A DNA stretch of 64,000 nt, taken from assembly GCF_002571385.2 (NCBI RefSeq), contig NW_019218169.1, forward strand, positions 197,995 to 261,994, in the 5' to 3' direction. Position numbers and translations under genes: made by a program. Position 1 is the first letter of the stretch. Each line of letters opens with the position of its first letter. A model generated the notes under the pieces. The model worked only from the letters and a program-made list of their open reading frames with translations, searched no databases and had not been told where the DNA came from. Of the stretch, positions 49,701 through 63,198 are shown in pieces. This stretch comes from Stylophora pistillata (taxonomy: Eukaryota).

Positions 49701-52049
49701 CATTTAGTAGGAAGAAGTAGTACCATAAATCCTCTATTAAATCCCCCTCTCAAATAAGCCCCCCTCTCTAATAAGCCCCCCTTCTCAAATAAGCCCTGCC
49801 TCTCAAATGAGCCCCCCTCTCTAATAAGCCCCCCTTTCAAATAAGCCCCCTCTCTCAAATAAACCCCCTCTCTCAAATAAGTCCCCCCTCTCTAATAAGT
49901 CCCCCTCTCAAATAAGCCCCCTTTCTCAAATAAGCCCCCCTCTTAAATAAGCCCCCCCTCTCGAATAAGCCCCCCTCTCTAATAAGCCCCCTGATCACTG
50001 TCATGGTACACTTGAGCATGTACACTGTATCAGACCGCTATGGGTGATGTCACTGTCATTCATCACTGTCATGGTACACTTGAGCATGTACACTGTATCA
50101 GACCGCTATGGGTGATGTCACTGTCATTGATCACTGTCATGGTACACTTGAGCATGTACACTGTATCAGACCGCTATGGGTGATGTCACTGTCATTGATC
50201 ACTGTCATGGTACACTTGAGCATGTACACTGTATCAGACCGCTATGGGTGATGTCACTGTCATTGATCACTGTCATGGTACACTTGAGCATGTACACTGT
50301 ATCAGACCGCTATGGGTGATGTCACTGTCATTGATCACTGTCATGGTACACTTGAGCATGTACACTGTATCAGACCGCTATGGGTGATGTCACTGTCATT
50401 GATCACTGTCATGGTACACTTGAGCATGTACACTGTATCAGACCGCTATGGGTGATGTCACTGTCATTGATCACTGTCATGGTACACTTGAGCATGTACA
50501 CTGTATCAGACCGCTATGGGTGATGTCACTGTCATTGATCACTGTCATGGTACACTTGAGCATGTACACTGTATCAGACCGCTATGGGTGATGTCACTGT
50601 CATTGATCACTGTCATGGTACACTTGAGCATGTACACTGTATCAGACCGCTATGGGTGATGTCACTGTCATTGATCACTGTCATGGTACACTTGAGCATG
50701 TACACTGTATCAGACCGCTATGGGTGATGTCACTGTCATTGATCACTGTCATGGTACACTTGAGCATGTACACTGTATCAGACCGCTATGGGTGATGTCA
50801 CTGTCATTGATCACTGTCATGGTACACTTGAGCATGTACACTGTATCAGACCGCTATGGGTGATGTCACTGTCATTGATCACTGTCATGGTACACTTGAG
50901 CATGTACACTGTATCAGACCGCTATGGGTGATGTCACTGTCATTGATCACTGTCATGGTACACTTGAGCATGTACACTGTATCAGACCGCTATGGGTGAT
51001 ATCACTGTCATGGATCACTGTTGTGGTACACTTGAGCATGTGCACTGTATCAGACTGTTATCGGTGATATCACTGTCATGGATCACTGTCATGGTACACC
51101 TTTAGCATGTACACTGTATCAGACTGCTATGGGTGATATCACTGTCACTGAGCACTGTTGTGGTATACTTGAGCATGTACACTGTATCAGGCTGCTATGA
51201 GTGTTATCTCCAATCTAATGGCTGCCACAAGACTTAGTGTCACAGTCTTAAGAGAAATTTTTATGGTAGTCTGACACAACGTGTGCATTATTTTTAACAC
51301 CTAAGTGACATGACCTTCATCATGTTTAACAGGAATGAACCTGGTTCATTAAATGGGTATTAACAATCAACTGTTACTGTTGCTAAGTATTGAATTAAGG
51401 CTATGTATAATGCTTGTAGTGTAAATCTTTGGGAATAAGTGTATATAGTCAGTTAGAAGCTATTTAATGATCAAATGTTTCTCTTTTTCCTCTTTTTATA
51501 ACACAGACGGCAAATACTACTTTGTGGATGTTATATAATTTAGGAAGAAATCCACGCGTGCAAGACAAACTCTATCAGGAGGTGGATAGTGTTGTTGGAA
51601 AGGATGCAGATGTCACCTCTCAGAGTCTTGCAAAATTGTCATATCTGAAGGCTTGTCTAAAAGAAACAATGAGGTAAACTTACTACCCCTTAATGAGAAA
51701 CGATTGGGTAATTTTTTCAAATTGGAAGCATTGTAGGATGGAGTGGCACACCCATTTATTTACTTTACGACAAAACATGAACTGTGCCAGTTTTAATCTT
51801 CTCTGTTCTTACATTTTTGTGAAAAGATTACACCCAGTTGTTTCCGCCAACAGTCGAATATTGGATGAGGATATTGAGTTGCGTGGCTATCATGTGCCAG
51901 CAAGAGTGAGTCTTTGTTAGTTTTTTTACTACATATATCTTGTTGAGTGCGGTGTTGCCATTTGTAATTATCATGATAAATAATGACAAAGATAACAGTA
52001 ATAAGGATTATGATAAAGGTGATTGCCATCAACAAATACACTAATCCCT

Positions 52050-52093
<44 letters not shown>

Positions 52094-52167
52094 GATTGGC
52101 TCAGCCATTATGGTATATCAGCCAATATACCATAATCTAATTTCTGTACATTGTTAAATCCGGTTTC

Positions 52168-52200
<33 letters not shown>

Positions 52201-52285
52201 ATAGTTTGGGGGCGTTTTTTTTTTTAATAAAACAATTATTCCACTCGCATTTGTTGGATGAGATAACTATAGCCAACTCGGTGCT

Positions 52286-52326
<41 letters not shown>

Positions 52327-55300
52327 GCTCGTGGAATAATTGTTAATTATTTGATATAGATCCAGGACTGACGAAATTCCAAATTGCTCTTGCAGACTTT
52401 CATAGTTTTAGAAAATTACTGTACTGCTCGCTCTGAAAAGTACTTTGAGGATCCTTTAGAGTACAAACCAGAGCGCTGGCTGCGAGAAAACAGGGAAGAG
52501 GCTCACGCTTTTGCAAGTATACCATTTGGATTCGGACCTCGAATGTGCCTTGGTGAGTAAGGTTGTTGAAACAGACAGGGCATAATTAGGGTTTCAAGGG
52601 TTGCTGGGGGGGGGAAGGAAGGAGGAAACAGGGCGTAATGAGGATTTTTAAGGGTGGGTGAGGTGGGGAGGAAGGAGGGAGTTGGGTCAAGGTTATTAAT
52701 TTCCGCACGTCTTACGTGAATAGGTCATTTTACAGTTGTGTACTTAGTTGCCAAGCCTTTGATTTCGAGTGAGGCTTAAGGTGACCTTGTCATGATAGCG
52801 ACCTGTATCTAGTTAGCATGATAACAAAGTGATTTACATTTGAAAGGCAGCGAGGTTTGTATCATAACAAGGTCACCCCTTGCCCCACTCCCGTTCAAAG
52901 GCTTGGCAACCAAGCACACAACTGTAAAATGGACTATTGACTTATACCGCTCTATTACCTGGCCTATTAGCGAGCTCCTATTCACTCGGTGACAAGGACT
53001 CAAAGATTTAGTACTTAACGCTGGAAATGATTTATGCCTTGCATTCTTCTAGAATATCCTACTCTGACAAGCCCTTATGGTTTTTTTTCAGGATATCTTG
53101 CACTCTTCTTTATTTAATTCTCCTCTTCATTTAACTTTATAACGTTGTAAACAGTGGCTCAAATAAAGATTATCCTGTCATATCTCCGGATTTGAGCATC
53201 TTTCCACCTGGATTATAGCGGCATCCCCGGTCACCTGTCCCCCTCACCTCCTTCCTACCCCCCTCCCCCTTTCTCCTTCCACGTTACCGAATGAACCTCA
53301 GACATTCCTTGCAGGTACACGGGCAACTGACATCCTGTCTCAGATCTCTCCGCCCTTTTGTTACCCCGTACTGCTGTCCTCAAATATTGACGAACTTTAT
53401 TTCTTCTGACTTTCCTGTTGAATATTACTTTTTTTTTTGGTTAGGTCGTCGTTTGGCGGAATTGGAAATTTATCTGTTTATTTGCAAGGTGAGAATGTCA
53501 TGTTTACAACCATCCTCGGAGACCCGGGGGCTGCGAGTCGATTTCAAGTTAAAGGCAGAGGAGCCCCTGGGGACATTGTCTTACAAGACTGGTTCCAAAC
53601 GGTCGCAGTCGTTCTGGCATCTGATTGGTGTTTTTCTGCCCAATCAGAGAGAAAGTGTGCTTTGGAGTCCTTTCGTGTGTTTTAATACGGACATATAACA
53701 AGAAGCTCTGTTGCCCGCTATGTTTGTTTGGGCCGTGCGACGAAGCTTTGCCAGAGGTGAAAAGTTTCCGTCTTAGCACACAATGTAAGAGAAATCGATC
53801 AGTTTGTCCGCGAAAATCTTACCAGTAATTATACTGAATACTTCCGCAGGTATCATAAGAGAACGTGTTTAAAAGTTTGCGAGGTTCTTATGGAAGATAA
53901 TGGTTGCAGGCATTGATATGTCGCTTTAAACGTTAAATGAGATGTAAGCTTAAATCTCATTTTGTCTAATTTGCTGTAACTGAAACTTTTCCAATCCCGT
54001 GAAGCTATTTTTTCGCACGGGCCACGCAGGTATGTCGAGCAACTAGCGCTTATGCAGCTTTTTGTACGCGCCAAAACCAAATCTAATCTTCGCCTGAAAT
54101 AAAAAAAAAGCTAAGCGTGGAAACTTTTGTTTATTAGACGTCGGTAGATAACCCTATACTCAGGTGACATTTACAAGAAAGCAAACCCGCCCTTTCCATC
54201 CAGTATTTCTCTGTCTTTGGTTTTTGTTTTCCTCAATGAAAGCAGCATCAGATCGATTCCCAATGATCAAAGGTCTTTAACTTGGTCTTCAACAATCGAC
54301 AAGAGGTGAAATGACAATGACCAAAGGACTAGAAGAGAATCCGTGGCCTTTCGAGTTTAAGAATTTGAACACTCTAGGCAGCAGCTGAAAGATTAAACTC
54401 TTTCCAAACCCCTTCGGTAACTGTTCGAAAACATCTCTCCTTCCCACGATGTTCTCGATAATTATTTTTGTTCAGATTTTAATTAGCTAAGCGAAAACAC
54501 AGCTAAGCTTTCTCTAGGCGCTTGCTGGAAGTCGTCCACGAACTTAACGTTCTCTGCAACCTTGGCCAAATTGCGAAAGACTTTACAGCTGACAAAGCTA
54601 AGGTTAGATTTCGTCGCGCAAAGAAAGCTACGTAAGCATAAGCGCCAGTTGCTCGAGATACCTGCGTGGCCCGTGCGACGAAATAACTTCACGAGATTGG
54701 CAAAGTTTCAGTTACAGCAAATTGTACAAAAAATCTAGACAGATTTAAGCTTGCATTTCGTTTAACGTTAAAAGCGACATATTAACGCCTGCAATCATCG
54801 TGTTTTATACGAACCTCGCAAACTTTTAAACACGTTCTCTTGTGATACCTGCGAAACTATTCAGCATAATTTCCGGTGAGATTTTTGCGGACAATCTGAT
54901 CGATTTCTCTTACATTGTGTGCTGAGGCTGAACCTTTTCAACTAGGGCAAAGCTTCGTCGCACGGCCCAAACAAGCATAACGAGCAACAGAGCTTCTTGT
55001 TATATGTCCGTGTTAAACACACGAAAGGACTCCAAAGCACACTTTCACTCTGATTGGGCAGAAAAACACAAAGATTTTCTGGCACCAATCAGATGCCAGA
55101 ACGACTGCGACCGTTTGGAACTCGTCTTGCAAGACAATGTCCTCAGGGGCTCTTCTGCCCTTAACTTGAAATCGACTCACAGCCCCTGGGTCTCCGAGGA
55201 TGGTTTGCAACGAACTGTAGCCTAGAAAATCTTTCCTGAAGTTTTGATATATTTTTCTTATACTTTGTCTGGCAGCTACTGCAGCGGTTTCAAATTGAGT

Positions 55301-55386
55301 ACAATCAAGGTCCATTGGAAATGTACCAGAAGCTCATTATGGTTCCTGATAAACCGGTTAATATCAAACTTATCGACCGCCTTTGA
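46772..55386 (+). CDS. Cytochrome P450, mitochondrial clan, paralogue 2, 9 exons
   Basis: Exons 46772-47211, 47525-47724, 48753-49046 (GC donor), 49289-49386, 51507-51673, 51827-51905, 52396-52552, 53445-53488, 55276-55386; same intron positions as paralogue 1; [31 protein letters not shown]. Confidence 0.93.
49721..49992. repeat. ~20-bp tandem repeat (CTCTCAAATAAGCCCCC), probable end of a non-autonomous DNA transposon
   Basis: About 12 units after TACCATAAATCCTCTATTAA. Confidence 0.75.
49993..51205. repeat. 68-bp minisatellite, ~18 copies
   Basis: Unit GATCACTGTCATGGTACACTTGAGCATGTACACTGTATCAGACCGCTATGGGTGATGTCACTGTCATT; ~15 near-identical copies then ~3 diverged. Confidence 0.97.
52719..52938. 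mobile_element. MITE
   Basis: AATAGGTCATTTTACAGTTGTGTACTTAGTTGCCAAGCC ... GGCTTGGCAACCAAGCACACAACTGTAAAATGGACTATT. Confidence 0.8.
53508..55206. mobile_element. 1.7-kb foldback element with ~590-bp inverted arms filling the last intron of P450 #2
   Basis: AACCATCCTCGGAGACCC... (53508-~54090) mirrored by ~54600-55206 ending ...GGGTCTCCGAGGATGGTT. Confidence 0.88.
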
Positions 55387-56725
55387 GTCACTAAAATTTC
55401 TTATTACACAGTGGCACTCACTGACCCTCTCCTCCACCTTCATAACTCAGCGGGCTTACATTAAGTGACGTCATAAATGAAGGCCATATCACTATATTAC
55501 CCATAGTTAATACCTTTGAATTAGATGTAACAATATAAATGAAACGAAAAAGTAACTGAAAGCTTAACTTGTGAATTCACAGGCGGGACACGTGTACCAT
55601 GTGTGGGAATGAGTACAGTTTCCCGCTCTAAGCTTAATTCCGTAACAGAAGATATTATATCAACCGATTTTCTTAATTCAAAGTCCATTCTCCAACATCC
55701 GCACACATTCACTCTTAAGATCCAATTGTTATAGAAGAAGCGACAATTAAGTTAGACTGAACGGGAGTCATCCCTAATAACAACATGTATCCCTTGCACT
55801 CAGTTGCACCTAATGTCAACAACGCAATCGTGAGAAAATGAAAAAAGGCAAGTCGAAATTCAGTAGGAAGTAAATTATGTTCTTGTGATGTTGATAAATC
55901 CTAAACATAAGCCGGCCTTAAAGCACTTACTCAAGTTGATTTAAATTAATAAGCGAACTTCTTGTTTCCTAGTCGTTCTTTTCCCGTTTTTGCCTTAATC
56001 CGCTGTTCAATAAGCGCTGGGGTTTAATACTGTCCTTCAATGGGAAAATGCGCTTTGGTTCATTTGTCTTGTTTCACTTCTTACCTTTTTGGTTTTTTTT
56101 TCTGAGACAATGTTTTTGCAGTTATACATAAGCATCTGATTTGGAGTTTCTTATTTCACATCACACGTTTTCAGTTTTTTTTATTTTCATTCGATCATTT
56201 ATAATTACCAATACTATTAGATTAATTAGACTGTTCAGCGAGCAAGAGGCCTTCAATGTTCTATATAAATCATGGTATTTGACATCATTACTCAATATGT
56301 AGATAAATTTCAATACTTATAGTTAGTACTGAGGTGTATAATAGGTAAAAGTTTCATTCTTTCGCTTAGTTATAACCTTGTAATCTCTGGGCGTATTTGA
56401 TGTAATGGTTTCCAATGAGGCTATTGTATTAGCTACTGTAAAATTTATGTGACAGTAATTCAGTAATTTTAGGCCTCACTGAAGGACAACATGAAACGGT
56501 TACGCGCATATATACATGTGTCATTGGAATTGTAATACGCACATAGTTACATTTAGGATATTTTACCCCACCGTATGGCAACATTTATTACGAACACAAA
56601 GTACGAGTTAAAGGACTTTTCAGTCAAATTGCCTCCTTTTTACAAGCTATTGCCTAACATTTAAATTATTTTGTTATCCAATATCTACCAGCTTATCCAA
56701 TTTTCACAGCGCCTCTCAGCGACAT

Positions 56726-59700
56726 TCAATCATAGAATGAATATCGTCTAAGGAATGGATATTGTAATACTAATCTCCGAACTCGGTTTATTTGGTCTGA
56801 GTTCCATTCGACTCTTGTTCGCGTGGTGGAGGGGACTGGCTCGACAATAGCTGCGCAGTCTTGCAAGTACTTCTCTGTGCACGTGATTTCTAGGAAATTG
56901 CAAATTTTCTGCAAAGTTTCAATAGTGTTTGTCATCACATCCATGCTTGCCACGTCAAGTACACGGCCTGGAAAGTTTTTCTTGACTTCAAGACTACCCC
57001 GAGCGAGTTCACCGTAACTTTTTATACTTCCATCGAGTGTTTTTGAAAGGTTTACCTAAATGAAGATCATCATCAAGCGAAGGGCTAAGAATCTTTGGTG
57101 ATAAGGTATTCCTAAAATGTTTATGACGCCTTGGCTGCGTTAGTTGGATGAGTTAAACTTTTGCTTCAAAGTTTAAGGTAGGTCCGAAACCTAGCAGATC
57201 GGTAGTATGATTAATATGATTTATTATACATCAGACTGACGAGGAAAACGGGCTAGGACAAAACACTGACCCTGGGTCAACTGACCCCCTACTGCCCCCC
57301 CCCCCCTTACTGACCCCCTCTTAAATTCACTGGAAATGAATTTAAATGTATAACTACCATAAGAGCTTCTTCTCAACTAGGTCAGCCAAACCCCGTCGCT
57401 TGGGTATCGCGACTTATGCCTCGCGCTTCAGTAGTTGTTCACTCACCTGAAAAACGCGCACAAATGATGTCTGTTCTGCAGGCTCTAAAGACAGGGACTC
57501 ATCTGCGAGTAGAGCCTTCACCAATTCACGGCATACATGAAGAAAGTTACCTTGAAAGTCCATTAGTCACAACCATTTACCCAATTTTTAACAAACGAAG
57601 GAAAAGCCAGCGCCATATTGGAAAATGGCAATTAGAGCGTGACCTGGCACTACTAAAACACTTCAAACCTCCGGTTACCGACGCCTTGGTCGAAGAAAAA
57701 CAATTCTTTTCGGTGGAAACGTATACAACACAGTACACAATGTTTCGAAACATTTGCCACTAGTTTATGAGTGTAGGAGAACTAGCAATTGTAGTAAAAC
57801 GAGTTTGGACGATGGCAGACTATAGGCATTAAACATATCGACCATCTTCCGCCATTTTGGAAGTGAAGAGGTGAGTGTATTATTACATCGTAATTTTGTA
57901 TCGTTAGGTTGTTATCGTTAGCTTCAATTCATGATTTCTAGTGAATTTAAGAGGAGGTCAGTAAAGGGGTCAGTTTCCTAGCCCGAGAAAAACTAGGATC
58001 GGTTGAGAGCTTACAGTCCAAATAGAATAGCGTGTGAAGTTGAAATGATAACACAATATCTGCTGCAGATTTTGAGTTATCATATCGAGTTCAAAGTCTG
58101 CCTAGTTTCTAAGCCCCTCGAGCGTGTAGTGTTCTAAAACTTTTGCCAACCTGGAGAGAAAGTGTTTCTCTCGGTTTTTGCAAGATAGCATAAATTATCC
58201 AACCTCGCGTCTTTGTTATCTGCCTCGGCTTTTGGCTTCGGCAGAGAACTCAGACCTTGGCATTGATATCTTGTTTATCCTCGTTAATTAATGGCTTGTA
58301 TAAGTCAGGATGAGTCTTGTTACCATTATACTGTATGTGCTTACCTTGAGGTCTCTTTGTCCCCTTTTCCCCACATTTGCTCTTCGTAGGGTCATTGTTG
58401 CGATGTTATCAAATGGATTTCTCACAACGTGAATGAACTTTAGCTGTAAACCAAGTTTTTTTTCGAGGTCTTTCAATGCCTTTACTCCCTCCGCTTCACG
58501 CGCAATTTTGGATGCATGGGCAGCTTTCTTATCACCAATTACCTGCATGGAACGAAGAGGAAACTACGAGTCAGCATTCTGATTATATCCAGCAACATGT
58601 TTATAGATAAACCACATTTGTATTCACGTTATCGCACTTGTTTGTAAGTAAGTGGTTTCCATTTGGAAAGGAGAGAGGCTCATTTTCAAATTGTAAAGCG
58701 CGGTGTATAATCTGAAATCCAGCTAAATTTGCACCGACGAGTACAAGAACAGAAAACAAACCTTCAGACTATGACTGTAACTGCCTTGCCATTGGTCCTT
58801 GATGTTATAATGAAACCTCTTGGGTTTGTTACCCACCATTCGCGAGCGCACTCCAAACATGACGTCATAACGAGATTTTGCATAGAGCAGCTCGTAGATG
58901 TAATATTTTTCCCTCTGAGACAACAGAGGATTTTTGATCCATTCGCCTAAGATATCGTAGTCGTTGGCAACGATGGTGTGTGGATGAGCATCTAGCAGAG
59001 AAGCTAACAGGGTGTGTCTGCTTCTGTTGTAACCAATAAAGAGCAAGAAGATTTTGACATTGTCGTACTGTCTCGCATCTAGAGGATGAGTCAGCTGTGG
59101 AACTGAAATCAAATAATTTATGGGTGCAAAGTGCATAACAGCGGGGTATTCGAAAGGAAAAGTTAGGAGAGTTGAGGGAGAGGGAGAGTTGAGCGAGGAT
59201 CGAGGAAGAAAGGCAGAAAAGAGGTCTGGAAGAAAGAGAATAGAGGTTAGAGACTGCCCACTGAAAGCCCTTGAAAGGAAGGCCGGAAAAAACTTGTTTC
59301 GAAGTTTTTGATTATAGGATGTATAGTAAACTGTAATCAACCGCTTACCCGAACCAGACGTAAAACTGAACAAGAAAATTTGAGGCATTAAAATTTTTAT
59401 GACCTCTAATCAAGCTCAGGATCAGTTACATTTTCATCATCATCATCAGTAATCGGTTATCTTCGAATCGTTATCAAGAATGATGTTGTACAACGAGCCA
59501 AGAGGCTCATCCTGACGGGACGCATTCCTATCTATGGAGTAATAAGTAAATGGAAATATGTTCTCTTCTCCTCGATGAGAAGAGATACCTTGCTCAGAAT
59601 GGAATCGTTTCATCCTTACACTTAGCAAGTCTCACGGGGAAAACATTGAAATATAAGTGTCTTTCCTCAGGAAACCTCACAATAGGTGGTTTGCAACCAA

Positions 59701-60026
59701 TCTCTAGAGACACAGGTAACAATGGTGAAAGGAACAAATGCTGGTGGACGAACAAAGGGAGCCAATGAGATATCTATTGTTTACGTCCACCAACATGGCG
59801 GCAATGACGTAGCGTGCAAACCACCAATAACTTGCGGCCCGGGCTCTCCTGCATAAAGCTTGGAGGATATTGATATTGAAGAAATGAAATTTGAATTGTA
59901 GCTGTTGTAATGCTAATGATACACACCTCGAGAGAATTTACAATATTTTAGATTTGTCCAAAAGAGAGTGAATACTGCAAGACAAAACACCATTACTGCA
60001 GCAATTTTTAAGTCCACGAAAGCCAT
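56726..60026 (-). CDS. Type II membrane sulfotransferase-family protein (TPST/Sulfotransfer_3-like), 4 coding exons
   Basis: Exons 60026-59927 (MAFVDLKIAAVMVFCLAVFTLFW signal anchor), 59102-58762 (FIGYNRSRHTLLASLLDAHP, 5'-PSB-like), 58542-58345 (VIGDKK, FIHVVRNPFDNIAT, 3'-PB-like), 57055-56726. Confidence 0.8.
57247..57985. mobile_element. MITE-like element in a sulfotransferase intron
   Basis: CGGGCTAGGA...ACTGACCCC mirrored by GGGGTCAGT...TCCTAGCCCG. Confidence 0.55.
59680..59829. mobile_element. Short MITE
   Basis: AATAGGTGGTTTGCA ... TGCAAACCACCAATA. Confidence 0.6.
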
Positions 60027-63000
60027 TATCCTGTAGGGTGAAAATAGGAAAGAAATGCAATGAAACTTACAGTTTGGAGTGTTTTATCGTATTAGTAACG
60101 TGGACTTTCTTGGAGAAGGAAAACAATGTAGAATGGGCTATATTGAATCTTCAGCGTTATGCACCTTTAAAGGTACTGCTGATTGATAACGTTATAAATT
60201 AAACAAATTGGTTCATGTGTTAGCTGTTCGTTCATTAAGCTATGAAGCATTTGGGAGGTTAGGGGAACTTCAGGGAGCTAAATTTGTTCTCCGCTACTCC
60301 TCGAGAAACTCACGCACCTTTTGTGTTCTCCGGCAAACTTCCCCGCTGTGTGCTTCATATCTCGATGAACGCCGCACACTAGTGTTAGAGCCAGTTCTTT
60401 AACATTGCAAAAAAAAACCTTATCAAAGCTCCTTTCAAATCTGCTTCATTAGCAACTCTAACTCCTTTTGAGGACAGTAAAATGTTCAAGACAATTAACC
60501 TTCACTGAAATGTTCGTCGAGAAAAATTTACAGGCGACCTAACCGCGAGATAACCTTTGTTAAAGTGGCCGTCACTTTCTTTTCCCGGATATCTTGGGTA
60601 CCTCACTGTTCGATTACTGCTGTTACTACTCATGAATGTTAATCACATCCTTAAACTATGGCCTAAACTTGTAGATTTTCTGCACATTTCTCAAGATAAA
60701 ATGAGTTCAAAATCATAAGATCTCTGAATATTCCGGGTTGACTAAATGATTTTAGAAAAACAAAACATTCTCTGCCAGATGATACAGAAGGGAAATGTTT
60801 AAGGACAGAAATTATCTCCGCAGTCAATTAGGCGTATGTGAATTGCTCGAAAATCATTTACAGGTTCAAATCCTGGCGTTGAAGTCCCGAATTTTATCTC
60901 GTTTTTTGTTTCTGATTTCAAAAATGTTCACGTCAACCCAATTAACGAAGAATATTGACATATCATATAACTGAGTGCTCATAACAAATGTGCTCCATTT
61001 CATTGCATATTTACTTTCTGGAGATACAGGATAAAATAGGGAACATCACCTTTCGAAAATACCTAGAAACGAATCGAAGGAAAAAAATAAGCTCACCTCA
61101 GAAAATGTGTACAGGCTATTTCTCTTGAAATCTCCTTGCGCTTGTCGGCGTTACTCGCTCTCTTTTGCGAACCGGTCTCAAACGACTCGGTATACGGATA
61201 ATTCCGGATCCGTTGTTCCTCGGTCGTTCAGATATCCCAACTGTTCCATTTGTGTTTTTACAATGAGCAGCTTTCGATGCATTTTTTTCAGCATCCATCA
61301 AAACTGCATAGCAACTCAGTTGTCAGTTCTTATGAAACATTTGTTCGTATTGTGCTATTTCAATAAAAGAATGACTTGGGGTCTAACTAATAACAGACGA
61401 GCATCGTATTCAAGAAAAATTCAAAACTACACTGCCTATCAAAGTAATAGCTGAATAAGAAATATAACATTGAACATTGAAAGGTATTGAAAGATATATA
61501 ATTACGTAAAAAACAACAGTTGACTTTCACAGACTTTCACACTCGGAAGATATGCAGTCGCTCTTGTCCCAGCTGTAAAGAGCATTTGGTTAACTTGCAT
61601 GGTTTTTGTAGCTACTGCCTATCATAAGCCATTATTTTGTAAAGATGAATGAGTGAGGGAGTGAGTGTAACAATAGAATTCCATCTTGACCCAATTTTGA
61701 CCCGCTGTTACTTGGTGCTGCTTATTGTTTTTTTGCGGGGTATTTTTAGTAAGTAGTTCGCACTTGATACACAGTTGAGTTTTCTCCTTTTGTGATTTCT
61801 GGCTGATAGCCACTGGCACATTATGTTTTCAAGTTGTTGCCCTGACACTAAGGAAGACGGCAGAAGACAACAAGCATCTCACAATCATTTTAGGATTGCG
61901 CGCTATTTTAAAAACAAAATTTTTCCTTGCAGAAATATCGGTATCTTAATCGGTTTGATCGGCGCATCATGAAACTTCAAAGGAATATTTTTTTCTTAAA
62001 AGAGAGAGCATCTTACCGTTTGAATCAGTTAATTTATGAACATCCGATAGAATAATCTTTTCAGTTCTTGCCGTGACACTTCAGTGGACGATAAACATCT
62101 AAAAGTAGTTTCACAGTGGCGCCCATCGTCACCTGATTTAAATCAAAATTTTTCCTTGCAGAAATACTTTTTCTCAACGGATATGATCTGCACATCATGG
62201 AACCTCTGAGGAATTTATTTATTATTTGATGGAAGAGCATTTTACTGTTTCAGTCAGCAAGTTAGGCCGAAAAGAGCCGCTAAAATGCGGGGAAAGCAAG
62301 CTGAGAAACACGATATACTTTGATTTATTCAACTGAATGATGGGACGGAGGGATTGCGGAATATCTTAAGACGCGGAATGACGGAATATCCTAAAACGCA
62401 GAAAGCCTTTTTATATGTAACAAAAGTCTCAAAAAATGGAATTGCAATAAAATAAGAAAATTATTTATAATTAACAGGCGCAACATTGTTGGTACCAGAG
62501 GATTGAGGAACCACGAGGCTTCGAGCAAGCCCATTTAATTTATTATTATATTACTATTGTTATCATTATCATTATTGTTCTTTATACTATCATTTGTAAC
62601 CCCTATAGACACATGCAGTCTTTGACTCTCTTTTTTCCTATTGTTGACAAGTCAAATTATTTTTACTTAGGCAAGGTGGCCGTTTCAGCACCAGGCTGGT
62701 ATCAACACTGATCCTGTGTATTATTGAGTGCTACATAGCACGAAAACCTCAGCAGTTGGGCTGTTGGAGTCGCATCCTCGTTATCCAGCAGGAAGGTAAT
62801 ATTGCACAACGTATCTGTGGAACAGACCTGATGTTTCTTTTCTTTTTTGACAGTTAGCTGTTTGTGATAAAACGTTATAGGCTCTAGTCTATCGTGATCA
62901 TTAAATACTTTTATATTTTCAACTATCTGTTACTGATTTGTCACCTCCATTTTCCTGTCTTCAGGACGGAGGTCTGTTGTTATATCGATTGTTATATCGC

Positions 63001-63198
63001 CTCGCAATGAATTATTCTTAATTTTTTCTTTTAAGATAGCTTTACCGTGCTTGGTGAAATATTTGACCAAAAGATTATCAACTGAGGTAACGTTTACACG
63101 AGAATATTAATTTTTGCTCCCAAAGTTCATGTTGGTTTTTCCAAACTGATTTAACAGGCACTCAGTTATTCCACTTCAATTTCACAAAGAGTGGGATA

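Noticed and set aside
49682-49876. Repetitive ORF (REGAYL...)
   Set aside because: Translation artefact of the 20-bp tandem repeat
49993-51205. CRISPR array
   Set aside because: Units are contiguous with no unique spacers, there are no cas genes, and it lies in a eukaryotic intron
53291-55315. Several ORFs in the last P450 #2 intron
   Set aside because: Mirror-image ORFs from foldback arms; only 53445-53488 and 55276 onward are real exons
59103-59388. N-terminal part of ORF 58723..59388
   Set aside because: Pyrimidine-rich intron upstream of the acceptor at 59102; the real start is the signal-anchor exon at 60026
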